In this document: piece by piece, positions 50,481 through 59,646 of the stretch
Position numbering within the stretch: position 1 is the stretch's first letter
How the letters are laid out: each line of letters starts with the position of its first letter
Assembly (NCBI GenBank): GCA_965205485.1
Contig: OZ242180.1
Location: 832,001-896,000, forward strand
Reading direction: 5' to 3'
DNA length: 64,000 nucleotides
Source of the DNA: Candidatus Latescibacterota bacterium
Lineage (GTDB): Bacteria > Latescibacterota > UBA2968 > GCA-2709665
Made by a program: the position numbers and the translations under genes
Notes under the pieces: model-generated
The model's database searches: none
What the model was told of the DNA's origin: nothing
What the model saw: the letters and a program-made list of their open reading frames with translations, nothing else

Positions 50481-51548
50481 TCAGACCCGGTACTTCTCGA
50501 CCTTGGATTCGTCGACTTCCACGCCGAGACCGGGCCCGAGGGGAACCTTCAACTGTCCGTTTTCGAACCTGAACGGTTCGGCGAGAACGTCGTCGACCAA
50601 CCCGTGGTAGCACGTGTCGTTGGGCCCCGAGAAGTTGGGCGTGGCGGCGGCGATATGGGTGATCGCGGCGGTCTTGAGGCCCAGGTCGTGCGAACAGTGC
50701 ATCAGGCACGGGACATCCCACGGCTCCGCCGCGTCAGCGATTTTCCTGACGCGAAGGAGCGCGCCTGCGGCGGGGGTATCCGGCATTAGAGAGTCGGCGC
50801 ATCCTGCCTCGAGAAAGGGCCGGATGCTGCCGGGCAGGGCCACGCCGCCGTTCACGAGGATGTGAGTGCCCACTTCGGCCCTCACCCGTGCGAGCGTTTC
50901 CACGTGTTCCGTGTCGCACGGGTCTTCGAAGTGCCTGACGCCGAGGTCGGCCATTTTCTTCATGATCTCCAGCGTCTCTCCCGGGGGATATCCGCCGTTC
51001 GCGTCCGGCCGAAATGCGGCTTCGTCTCCGATCTCCTTACACGCTGCTTCGGCAATGGCCAGATCCTGCACGGGGTTGTTGCCGGCTTTCGTCTTGATGA
51101 CGCGGAACCCCCACCGGTCGATGTATTCACGGGCCGTGGCGGCCGACTCTTCGGGTTCCTTCAGGCCCATGCACGCCGTGAAGTCGACCTCCGTACGAAC
51201 GATGCCCCCCATAAGGCGGCAGAGGGGCAGCCCCGCGTGCTTTCCGAGGAGGTCCCAGAGCGCCATTTCTATGCCGGACATCGGGCCCCTCGGGATGCCT
51301 GCACTATCCATCAGGCCGATTGCCTTTTCGATGTCGGATACGTGGGCGCCGGACAGGATGGCGTTCGGATCAGTTGCGAAGCCGCCCGTGCCCTCGCCCC
51401 ATCCCACGAGACCGGAGTCGCTTTCGATCCTGACGATGAGCCCGGTGCCGCCGAGCGTGCCGCCTCCGGCGCCGCGACCGACGTACGGCCCGACGGGCGC
51501 GGCGTAGGGGATGCTGACGCTGGTTGCCGTGATATTCTTAATGATCAT
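50481..51548 (-). CDS. Enolase superfamily (mandelate racemase/MLE family) enzyme
   Basis: GLVGWGE, EMALWDLLGK, KTK, DANG, EDP and PGLGVEVD motifs. Confidence 0.9.
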   Translation of the reverse strand: MIIKNITATSVSIPYAAPVGPYVGRGAGGGTLGGTGLIVRIESDSGLVGWGEGTGGFATDPNAILSGAHVSDIEKAIGLMDSAGIPRGPMSGIEMALWDLLGKHAGLPLCRLMGGIVRTEVDFTACMGLKEPEESAATAREYIDRWGFRVIKTKAGNNPVQDLAIAEAACKEIGDEAAFRPDANGGYPPGETLEIMKKMADLGVRHFEDPCDTEHVETLARVRAEVGTHILVNGGVALPGSIRPFLEAGCADSLMPDTPAAGALLRVRKIADAAEPWDVPCLMHCSHDLGLKTAAITHIAAATPNFSGPNDTCYHGLVDDVLAEPFRFENGQLKVPLGPGLGVEVDESKVEKYRV

Positions 51549-51705
51549 CGTTCCGTTCCTCTTCGACGGGGACGCACGGTTCCAGGGTGCGTGAAACGGA
51601 CTGACGTCTGAATGTGAGGATCACAAAGAAACCTCAACAGTCCGTTGGAAAAATTGCTCTGCAGGCGCGGCCTAAGACAAGGCGCGCAACCCAGGATGCA
51701 GGCCG

Positions 51706-52143
51706 TCACTCGGTCGTCGTGCAGCTCGCGGCGATGTGTCCCTTGATTTTGCCCGTCATCTCTTCCGCGGGGTTCTTCCGGGTCAGGGTCTCCACGACCG
51801 ATTTCTTCTCGGGATCGATGAGCAGAACCAGGCCCGTCTTGTTGTTGGCCTTGAACGGCTCCTCGAACCCGAGCGCGGCGGCCAGAAGGCGGGACTGGGC
51901 GGTGCGTTTCGCGTCGGTCACGTCGAGCTCGAGAAAGAGGACGGGCTTGTCCGCAAGAGACGTACGGACCTCGTCGAGGACGGGAATCAGCGCCGTGCAG
52001 GCGCCGCACCAGTCGGCGTGTACCTTCACGACATACAGGGCAGGATCGCCATCGCCCGGCACCTCCACGGCGCCCGCGAGGCTGGATCCGGCTATCAGAA
52101 AGAACGAAAGGGCTGCGAGGGAAAGCGTGTTTCGGATGCGCAT
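51706..52143 (-). CDS. Exported thioredoxin-domain protein
   Basis: Signal peptide from MRIRNT, HADWCGAC motif, AAGGAG RBS. Confidence 0.8.
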   Translation of the reverse strand: MRIRNTLSLAALSFFLIAGSSLAGAVEVPGDGDPALYVVKVHADWCGACTALIPVLDEVRTSLADKPVLFLELDVTDAKRTAQSRLLAAALGFEEPFKANNKTGLVLLIDPEKKSVVETLTRKNPAEEMTGKIKGHIAASCTTTE

Positions 52144-52565
52144 GGAACAACTCCTTTGAAACGGCATGAAATAGGACCAGGCCGGCGGCGGCCCGATGAT
52201 GGGCGCCCCGCCCTGCCTGGACGGGCTTCGGAATGGACGCATTGCCGCTGCTCCGGTCCCCCTCATTGGGGACGAAAGGGTCAGCAGATATTTGCGCCGG
52301 ACGGCCCGGCGTCTGCCGGGTTGCATTCCGAACAGTCGACAGGTCACCGCGACTGATGCCATATATACGACGGTTAAGGGCCGCGGGTTCCCTGAAACCA
52401 CGGAAGAACGTCAGACGTCAATGTCGCATGCGCAATTCGTCGCGGAACGAACGCACGTTTGATATTGTCGTAGCCGATGTTATATTGATCGGTGTTCTGA
52501 CTTGCGAACCAATTCGTTTACGATTACCATCCTCACGATCTTCGACAATCGGGGAGTGAAGAAAC

Positions 52566-53030
52566 ATGGGCATTGTAATGGGGCACCACCATGGATTTAC
52601 CGTCTCGGACCTGGATCGTTCGGTTGCGTTCTACCGGGACCTGCTCGGGATGGAACTGGTGCGGATATCCGAGCGCAGGGACCTGCCTTCGTACGATACG
52701 ATTCTGGGTTACGACCAGGTCCATCTGAATATTGCGATTCTTCGGCATCCCGTGAACGAGTTTATACTCGAACTCGTTCAATACGTTCATCCGGTGGTTG
52801 AGGCGCGGCCCCAGGAAAACAGGTACCTGGGCGCATCGCACGTGGCGTTCGAAGTGGACGACGTGGACGCGATGTACACGCAACTTATAGAGGCGGGGTT
52901 CGGGTCCATCAATCCGCCCACTGACGTGGACCGCGACGGCGTGGTGGTTGCCCGCGCGATGTATGCACTGGATCCGGACGGCATCAGCATCGAGATGTTC
53001 CAGGAGTTCGAGGACGTAATCAGGAGATGA
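52566..53030 (+). CDS. VOC (glyoxalase/epimerase) family protein
   Basis: HHGFTVSDLDRS..FY, LELVQY, HVAFEVDD and DPDG..IE motifs. Confidence 0.92.
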   Translation: MGIVMGHHHGFTVSDLDRSVAFYRDLLGMELVRISERRDLPSYDTILGYDQVHLNIAILRHPVNEFILELVQYVHPVVEARPQENRYLGASHVAFEVDDVDAMYTQLIEAGFGSINPPTDVDRDGVVVARAMYALDPDGISIEMFQEFEDVIRR

Positions 53031-53095
53031 GCGGGAAGCGGCTTTCAGCCGCCGGCGAAAGACATAACATCAACGCCTGCTCCTATTGTGCCGTT

Positions 53096-53120
53096 GTAGG
53101 GGCAACCCTTGTGGTTGCCC
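53096..53120 (+). repeat. GTAG-type REP-like palindrome
   Basis: GTAGGGGCAACCCTTGTGGTTGCCC. A related inverted copy lies at 57685-57709. Confidence 0.7.
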
Positions 53121-53280
53121 ATGCCCCAGCGAGGCCCCGGGCGAGAGGTCTCGCCGTTCGCTCGCAAAATCACGGCGTTGACAGGGCCAACTGCCGTAGC
53201 CTGTCCTTATCGGTACCCGGCTTTTGCTGACGGCTGATGGCTGATAGCTCGTTACCTGATTGCCGACAGCCCGGCATCTG

Positions 53281-53877
53281 CTATTTTGATATCCTGAGAA
53301 GTACCTGCGGCCCGTCGGGATTCGCCACGCGGACCGCGTGCCCGAGATTGATGTCCTGAATCCGGGCGATTTTGTGTTCGATTGTCTCGGGCTCGCGGTC
53401 GTAGAAACCCAGAATCAGCCGTCCGTCGTCTTTCACGCTATCGTAAGCGTGTGTGAGCAGATCGATCCGGTCCTGGCAGTCGAATGCGTAATTGTCCCAG
53501 ACGGCCCAGTAGATGAAGTCGTATTTGGCGGGAAGTCCGTGAGCGTCGATTTCACCCAGCCGCTCCACGGGAAGCCGGGCGAAATGGTCAGGCTGCGACG
53601 GAAAGAACCTGGCGACGTCGCGAGCCCTGCCCGCGCTGGAGTCGATGCCGAACGGCGTGAGCGCGTGATCGGACCATTCCTGGAGACACCGCAGGAGGAA
53701 GCCGTTCGCGCACCCGATATCCAGCACGGCGCCCGGCCGATGGATCTCGGACGCGATGAACGATCGCGCCCGCCTCCAGGTCTCGAAGGACGGGCCGTCG
53801 ACGCAGCTTCCGTTCAGGGCGAACCTGAGGAGGTCGGGGTCTGCGTCGAAGCTGGCGAGGTCGATCGTGTCGGTCAT
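53281..53877 (-). CDS. Class I SAM-dependent methyltransferase
   Basis: VLDIGCANG motif I, FGID and YDFI. Start MTDTID after GAGGA. Confidence 0.8.
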   Translation of the reverse strand: MTDTIDLASFDADPDLLRFALNGSCVDGPSFETWRRARSFIASEIHRPGAVLDIGCANGFLLRCLQEWSDHALTPFGIDSSAGRARDVARFFPSQPDHFARLPVERLGEIDAHGLPAKYDFIYWAVWDNYAFDCQDRIDLLTHAYDSVKDDGRLILGFYDREPETIEHKIARIQDINLGHAVRVANPDGPQVLLRISK

Positions 53878-53895
53878 CGATAATCCTCTAAGTCT

Positions 53896-53931
53896 TGAGC
53901 CGCTCCCTGAGCCTGTCGAAGGGTCGGCGAA
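53896..53931 (+). repeat. 36-bp repeat (CCCTGAGC.TGTCGAAGGG family)
   Basis: Matches 62528-62563 with one mismatch. Confidence 0.85.
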
Positions 53932-54166
53932 ATCATATTGAACAGCCCCCGGCGGTGCATCCATAGACTGTTCAAGGGTATCGAAACGCGTGCATTTCGA
54001 CATTTCGACAAGCTCAATGCAAGCCTGCTCAATGACCATGTTTCGGAAAACTCCACGAACAGCGGCGCATCCAATAGGGATAAATCAACAGAAGAGTGAC
54101 GATGCGTTTTCGTGACAAGCTCCCAAGGGTCAAATCTGCCGGGTTTTTCGTCTCCCGTCGCGAATG

Positions 54167-54811
54167 CTACTGCGGTTCGTACGTATCGGATCCCTTTGAC
54201 GGAAGCGGAACGGCCCAGATGTTGCGGTAGGCGACGCGGTCTCCGTGGTCCTGCAGGCGCAGCGGCCCGGAGGTTCCGACCGTCATTCCGGAGGCGGATC
54301 CTGTGGGGCCTGAGATCTGCACGTTGTTCTGGATGACGATGCCGTTCTGGAGAACAGTGGCGCGGGCGTGTTCGGACACGTCGCCGGATTCGTCAAGGCG
54401 GGGCGCCCGGAAGCAGATATCGTACGTCTGCCACTCCATGGCGGGTCTGCAGGCGTTCACCAGAGGAGCGGACTCGAGGTAAAAGGCGCCGCAGTCGCCG
54501 GTGCCCGGAATGTTGACGTGGGAGGAGTCCAGGACCTGAATCTCGTAGAGGGCCTGCAAAAACACCCCGCTGTTGCCTTTGGCCTGTCCCGTGGCCTCGG
54601 GCATGTCCGGACAACGGAATTCCAGGTGAAGATAGAAATCGGACAGGGGCTCGGTGTGGATGATGTCGCCCGTCCGGGGCACGACGTGGAGGATACCGTC
54701 TTCCACGGTCCATCCGGGATCGCCGCCGTCCCGGGCGGTCCAGTTGCTGAGGTCCCTGCCGTTGAACAGAATAAAGGCATTGGAGGGCGCCGCCAGTTGC
54801 AGTGTATCCAT
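54167..54811 (-). CDS. DUF1080 (3-keto-disaccharide hydrolase-like) protein
   Basis: LFNGRDLS.W, LHLEF, GNSGV, YEIQVLDS, EWQTYDI and LQDHG..V.YRNIW motifs. Confidence 0.9.
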   Translation of the reverse strand: MDTLQLAAPSNAFILFNGRDLSNWTARDGGDPGWTVEDGILHVVPRTGDIIHTEPLSDFYLHLEFRCPDMPEATGQAKGNSGVFLQALYEIQVLDSSHVNIPGTGDCGAFYLESAPLVNACRPAMEWQTYDICFRAPRLDESGDVSEHARATVLQNGIVIQNNVQISGPTGSASGMTVGTSGPLRLQDHGDRVAYRNIWAVPLPSKGSDTYEPQ

Positions 54812-55045
54812 TGAAGAGTCCTTTCTCGTTATTTGGGTCCCGGCTGCTAAGGGCGTGGAAATCCGTATGCCGCAGCCGGTATAGAATAATGCCGCCCGAC
54901 ACGGCGCACAAGACGGATTTGCGTCGGCGGGTTTTGGGAAATCCGGTGAGGGCGTTTCCCACGCGGTCTACACACGTGTGATGTGATCGTAAGCGCCAAC
55001 AACCGTCCGGAGTCGTAAATGTCACAGAAGATGGGAGTTCGAAAT

Positions 55046-56116
55046 ATGGAACACGTCGTCATCTACAGGAAAAGGGGGCGATACGCCGGGTGGCCGGCGA
55101 ACTACGGGATCTGGTCGTGGGGAGACGAGATCGTGGTGGGCTTCACGCTTGGGTATCACAAATCGGACGGGGGATTTCACCGGCGCGACCGTGACCGGCC
55201 GTTCGAGACGATGCAGGCCCGCAGCCTCGACGGAGGCGCAACCTGGACCGTCGAACCGGTACCGATCGCCTCTCCGGAAGGCAAGGGGGTATCGGCGAAC
55301 GAGCACGTGAACCGCTCGCTGGAGATCGAGGTGGCGGCTGCGCTGCCGACCGGGCATCCCGACGGGATCGACTTCAGCCATCCGGATTTCGCGCTGATGT
55401 GCGCCCGGACGGGACTTGCGGAGGGCGCGCGGTCGTGGTTCTATACGTCTATCGACCGCTGCCGGTCATGGGACGGACCGTTCGGCCTGCCCATGTTCGG
55501 GTTGCCGGGCATCGCGGCGCGGACGGACTATCTGACAGAGGGAACGGACACCTGCACGTTATTTCTGACGTCGGCCAAATCCAACGGGCGCGAGGGTAGG
55601 GTGTTCTGCGCGCGCACGGTGGACAGCGGGAGGACCTTCCATTTTCTGTCGTGGATCGGAGAGGAGCCCGCGGGCTTCGCCATCATGCCCGCCAGCGTCC
55701 GGCTTCCCGGAGGGCGCATCCTGGCGTCCGTGCGATGCCGGGGCGGTGGCGGAAGCAGGGAGGGCAACTGGATTGACCTGTACAGTTCGGACGACAACGC
55801 GGCGAGTTGGCGCTACCTCAACCGGCCGGTCGCCGAAACCGGGACCGGGGGGAACCCGCCCGCGATGATGCTTCTGGCTGACGGGCGCCTGTGCCTGGTC
55901 TACGGGTATCGCGACGCCCCCTCGGGGCTGCGGGCGGTATTGAGCGAAGACGAGGGAGCGACGTGGTCCGACGCCATTATCCTGAGGGATGACGGCGGCG
56001 ACCACGACGTCGGCTATCCACGCGCGGTGCAGCGGCCGGACGGCAGGGTCGTTTCCGCGTATTACTACGACGACGAGCCCGACGGCGAGCGGTACATCGC
56101 CGCCACGATCTGGTAA
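55046..56116 (+). CDS. Sialidase-like BNR/Asp-box repeat protein
   Basis: Asp boxes SLDGGATW, TVDSGRTF, SDDNAASW and SEDEGATW, plus DVGYP. Confidence 0.82.
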   Translation: MEHVVIYRKRGRYAGWPANYGIWSWGDEIVVGFTLGYHKSDGGFHRRDRDRPFETMQARSLDGGATWTVEPVPIASPEGKGVSANEHVNRSLEIEVAAALPTGHPDGIDFSHPDFALMCARTGLAEGARSWFYTSIDRCRSWDGPFGLPMFGLPGIAARTDYLTEGTDTCTLFLTSAKSNGREGRVFCARTVDSGRTFHFLSWIGEEPAGFAIMPASVRLPGGRILASVRCRGGGGSREGNWIDLYSSDDNAASWRYLNRPVAETGTGGNPPAMMLLADGRLCLVYGYRDAPSGLRAVLSEDEGATWSDAIILRDDGGDHDVGYPRAVQRPDGRVVSAYYYDDEPDGERYIAATIW

Positions 56117-56265
56117 CGGGAACCCGGAGAGAGACCGGATCCCGCGACGATCCTGGGAAGAGAATTCCGATACGCCGTGCCGGTATCGGGGCTTGACATC
56201 CCGTATGCAGACCTTATTTTGAATGGACATTTTCAGGTAACACTAACTCACACGGAGGAGAGCAA

Positions 56266-56859
56266 ATGGCGGAATTGCACAGTTCGTGGAAACGGGATTT
56301 CGACGTTTACGACCGTTTGGAGGAACTGGGGATCGATCTGGGAGCCAGGGAGGACGCGTGTCCGGCGCCTCAGGGTCGGCGGATCTGCATGGCCACGTTT
56401 ACGCCTTCGGGCCTGGTGTTTACATCGGGCACAGGCGGTGGGGTCGGCGCGGTCACCAACGACGATGCGGACGTGGAAGCCGGTTTCGAGGCCGGTAGAG
56501 AGGCGGGCATCTCCCACGTCGTGACGCTGCATTGGGCGCTGGACCCGTACGGCACGCTGAATGACGTGTGGTATTGCGTAAAATGCATCGGGATGGTGAA
56601 TTCCGCCGGTGGGGGATCCTTTTCCAAGTCACCCCAGGTCGTGGACGGGTACAGCACGGTTTTTCACGACGTGTTCGGAGGTCCGGGTTCGCGGTTCGGG
56701 GAGGACGGGATGGACGCGTCGCTGTCGGGATGGCACGCCCGGAGCGCGGTGGCGGGGTTCGACCTTCCGGGCCATTGCAAGATCGAACCGGAGATGATCG
56801 TGCAGATCGATCCGGATTTGGCGTTGCGGATTATCAGGGAACGCGGGCCGCACGTATAG
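56266..56859 (+). CDS. RidA/YjgF superfamily protein (divergent)
   Basis: VFTSG, VKCIGMVNS, VVDGYS..F.DVFG and HARSAV motifs. TTGACA-containing promoter candidate at 56193. Confidence 0.7.
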   Translation: MAELHSSWKRDFDVYDRLEELGIDLGAREDACPAPQGRRICMATFTPSGLVFTSGTGGGVGAVTNDDADVEAGFEAGREAGISHVVTLHWALDPYGTLNDVWYCVKCIGMVNSAGGGSFSKSPQVVDGYSTVFHDVFGGPGSRFGEDGMDASLSGWHARSAVAGFDLPGHCKIEPEMIVQIDPDLALRIIRERGPHV

Positions 56860-56883
56860 GTGCGGAGAAGAAAAGCAAAAGAG

Positions 56884-56914
56884 AAACGGGGGCGAGATTG
56901 AGCGTCCCCGTTTT
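56884..56914 (+). terminator. Intrinsic terminator
   Basis: AAACGGGGGCG...CGTCCCCGTTTT. Confidence 0.7.
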
Positions 56915-57088
56915 CATTTGATCAGATAATGAGATAGACCGTCGGCGCAAGATGGCAGAAAGACAATCATCTCACACGAAGACACAAAGGCACAAAGAAC
57001 ACAAAGATAAAGCCGGAATCAGCGACAGGGCAGGCGCTCGCGAAAACCAAGAGGCTACCGCCCGTCGGCCTCGGCCCTCCGCTCCATT

Positions 57089-57311
57089 TCACGACGATAT
57101 GACCTTCAGCTTTTCCGCGATCCAGAATTTGATGATCGACTGCCGGGTTACGCCCAGACGACTGGCTTCCCTGCGATTGAACCATCCAGATCGGGAAATC
57201 GACGTTTACCCGCTTTGGTTCCTGGGCAGGCCTTCGTGCCCGATCGAGGTCCAGGTACCCGGTTATATCTTCTCCGCTGTCGAATTTTTCGTCAAGTTCC
57301 TTCGCTTTCAT
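57089..57311 (-). pseudogene. brnA: BrnA/CopG-family antitoxin with an apparent 5-nt deletion
   Basis: MKAKELDEKFDSGEDI...KRVNVDFPIWMVQS, then REASRLGVTRQSIIKFWIAEKL in another frame. The expected LD codons are missing. Confidence 0.8.
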
Positions 57312-57561
57312 AGATTTCGATCTCCTCCTTCCTGGACCGGCGGACGGAAATGATCCGGATCTTTTCAGCCCGATACGTGATGATGCCCGACCAGTGCGTC
57401 CCCCTGCACCTGCCGATTACCAGAAACCTGGGTTCATCTACTGCCCGAGCCGGAATCTCAATCAGCCCGGAATCCTCCCAGATCTGTTGGGCTTCAATGA
57501 AATCGATGCCGTGTTTTACCTTATTTTTCACGCTTTTCCGGTCGTCGAATTCGAACTCCAT
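57292..57561 (-). CDS. brnT: BrnT family toxin
   Basis: FEFD..KS..N..KHGIDF.EA, EPRF..IG and IRIISVRRS...E...Y motifs. Confidence 0.92.
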   Translation of the reverse strand: MEFEFDDRKSVKNKVKHGIDFIEAQQIWEDSGLIEIPARAVDEPRFLVIGRCRGTHWSGIITYRAEKIRIISVRRSRKEEIEIYESEGT

Positions 57562-57684
57562 TGACAGGGTCCCGTCTGTTGGCTTTTATCAAGTGTTCGA
57601 TTCTGCGGAATTTGATAGAATATATACAATAATAATATATTTTCAATATAATAATTATACTATTTTCGGAATATTTCACAAGGC

Positions 57685-57709
57685 GGGCGCCCACAAGGGA
57701 CGCCCCTAC
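57685..57709 (-). repeat. GTAG-type REP-like palindrome
   Basis: GGGCGCCCACAAGGGACGCCCCTAC is a reverse-orientation relative of 53096-53120. Confidence 0.7.
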
Positions 57710-58090
57710 AACTGCAACATCGGTGCGCACGGGATCTCTCTCCTAAAGGAAAGAGGGAGGAAAAGCGGGTTTCGCTCTATCAATGCATTTCACAACCGGC
57801 GACAGGGGGTACGGGGGGTTTTTCCGTGCTGATCCGTCAAGCGCATTTGCACTGGCACTGCTGAAGGGTTGGTAGGCCACATAAATCCCGTTTATGCCTC
57901 AGGAGTGATTCACGGAAAAACCGGCCCCCTGCCGAAGGGCGCGCTTCTTTTTGGTCCTTTTTCTACACGCGCATAAGAAAAAGGACGTAAATAATTGAAA
58001 ACAAATTATATATGAGAAAAATTCTGCTTGCAAATGACAAATACGTTTTTTTCCTTCCATTCAAAATCATCCCTACGGCGTGTTCCTTAA

Positions 58091-58218
58091 AAGCGGGGAA
58101 GACGGGAGAGGGTGGAGATTACCTGCCTTGTGAGGTTTCTTCTCGTGCCGAAGGCAATAAGGAATGAAGTATCGGGCAAGGATTTCTTCTAACGTCTCCC
58201 CTCTCCCATCTCACCGCC
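58091..58218 (-). repeat. Copy of the four-member intergenic repeat, overlapping the Ldh-family stop codon
   Basis: GAGATTACCTGCCTTGTGAGGTTTCTTCTCGTGCCGAAGGCAA...ATCGGGCAAG...TCTAACGTCTCCCCTCT...TCTCACCGCC is nearly colinear with 28267-28370. Confidence 0.85.
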
Positions 58219-59280
58219 TTATATACCTTTCCTCATCTCCAGGTTCAACCGTGTCTTCCGACATGGACACGTTCAGCCGGTCCGCGCAGTCCGACAACGC
58301 ATCCATAATAGGGCCCGGTACGTCGAATCCGTCACGAAGGCGTTGTGCGCGTGTGCGGTGTTCGAAGTCCCCAGGCACGAGGACCTCGTCGAAGCCTGGC
58401 GCCGGGGGGATGGCCTTGATCATGTCCAGGAAGGCCCGAATCCCGCGCTGGTAGGGCACCAGCGGCGTGAAGGAACTGACGCGTATCACCTGCATGAACG
58501 CGCCTGAAAGCGTCCCCTGCTCCACTTCCGGAACGCCTGACAGGCCGCTCAGCAGGCAGGTCAGCAACAGGAGACCGGAGCCCTTGTGCGCCCCGAAAGG
58601 CAGCAGATATCCGCCGTCGTAGAAGTCCAGCGGGTTTGTGCTGGGCTTGCCATGTTTGTCCAGGATATAGCCTTCCGGAATCGACGACTTCTCGGCGCGG
58701 GCGACCTGTAGTTTGCCTTCGGCAACGACGCTCGTGGCGATGTCCAGGATGAACGGGGCGGCGTCGCCCGTCGGTACGCCCACTGCGATCGGATTGGTCC
58801 CGAGAGGGCCTCGGGTTGCGCCGTACGGCGCGACGGCGTCCACCGTCCCCACGCCGATGGTGATGATGGCGATGCATCCGGCGCGAGCGGCGACCTCCGC
58901 GTATTCGCCGAGCCGGCCGAAGTGGCCGATGCGTCTGAAACTGATGCAGCAAACGCCCGATCCCGCGGCTTTGTCGATGGCCAGGTCGATGGCCTTTCGC
59001 GCGGTGTAGATGCCCATCCCGTTATGGCCGTCCACAATCATCGTGTTCCCGCCCCGTTGGACAATCTCGGGTTCCGCCGCCGGCACGATGGAGCCCCCTC
59101 GATACCGTTGAGATACGTCGGTATACGCAGCACGCCGTGGGAATCGTGGCCACAAAGGTTGGCACCGACCAGGATTTCGGAAACGACGTCCGCAACGTGG
59201 CGGGGCGCGCCTGAAGCCATCAGCAGATTGCGGGAGACGGCGTGCATGTGCGCGGGGCGGAAGCGTTGTGCGGTGGACAT
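58211..59280 (-). pseudogene. Ldh_2 (malate/L-lactate/sulfolactate dehydrogenase type 2) oxidoreductase with a frameshift in a G-run at 59094-59098
   Basis: N-terminus ...GHDSHGVLRIPTY in one frame. VDG..G.G, HFGRLG, GTNPIA, LDIATS and GAHKGSGL in the next. Adding one G restores the frame. Confidence 0.85.
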
Positions 59281-59441
59281 GGTCTGCGCTCCGGGAAGGG
59301 CGTGGGGCTGCCAGGACGAACGGCAGGGGCATATTGGATTCGCGTTGCGGTTTCGAATTCGCGAAGATCCGCACGTTACGTCCAGCCAATTTAGCAAATC
59401 GGATAGACACTTTCCATTAGAACGAACGGGGCGCGACGGGA

Positions 59442-59479
59442 CCTCTCCCCCCGGCCCCCTCTCCCATCGGGAGAGGGGG
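59442..59479 (+). repeat. REP-like hairpin (CCCCTCTCCC..GGGAGAGGGG type)
   Basis: CCTCTCCCCCCGGCCCCCTCTCCCATCGGGAGAGGGGG. Confidence 0.6.
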
Positions 59480-59646
59480 AGGAGAATAAGGAATTCCGGT
59501 GCGTTGGTGCCGTGGTTGCAACGGCGCGCATCAGGCGCTATATTGGCATCGCTCAGACGATCTGAACAGCGGGAGAACATGTGACCGGGTTCCGGCGACG
59601 GTAGAGCGGTTTTCTGCCTTCCCACAAATCGATCAGGAGGTCTGCC

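Noticed and set aside
35134..52143. Selenocysteine recoding in the thioredoxin-fold proteins
   Set aside because: Both CxxC motifs use ordinary Cys codons, with no in-frame TGA.
53878..54039. Upstream extension of the methyltransferase ORF
   Set aside because: It translates a repeat element (FADPSTGSGSG), and the same peptide appears in spurious ORFs near 62530.
28190..58218. Dispersed repeats read as a CRISPR array or integron attC sites
   Set aside because: There is no regular repeat-spacer period, no cas or intI gene, and no consistent attC core sites.
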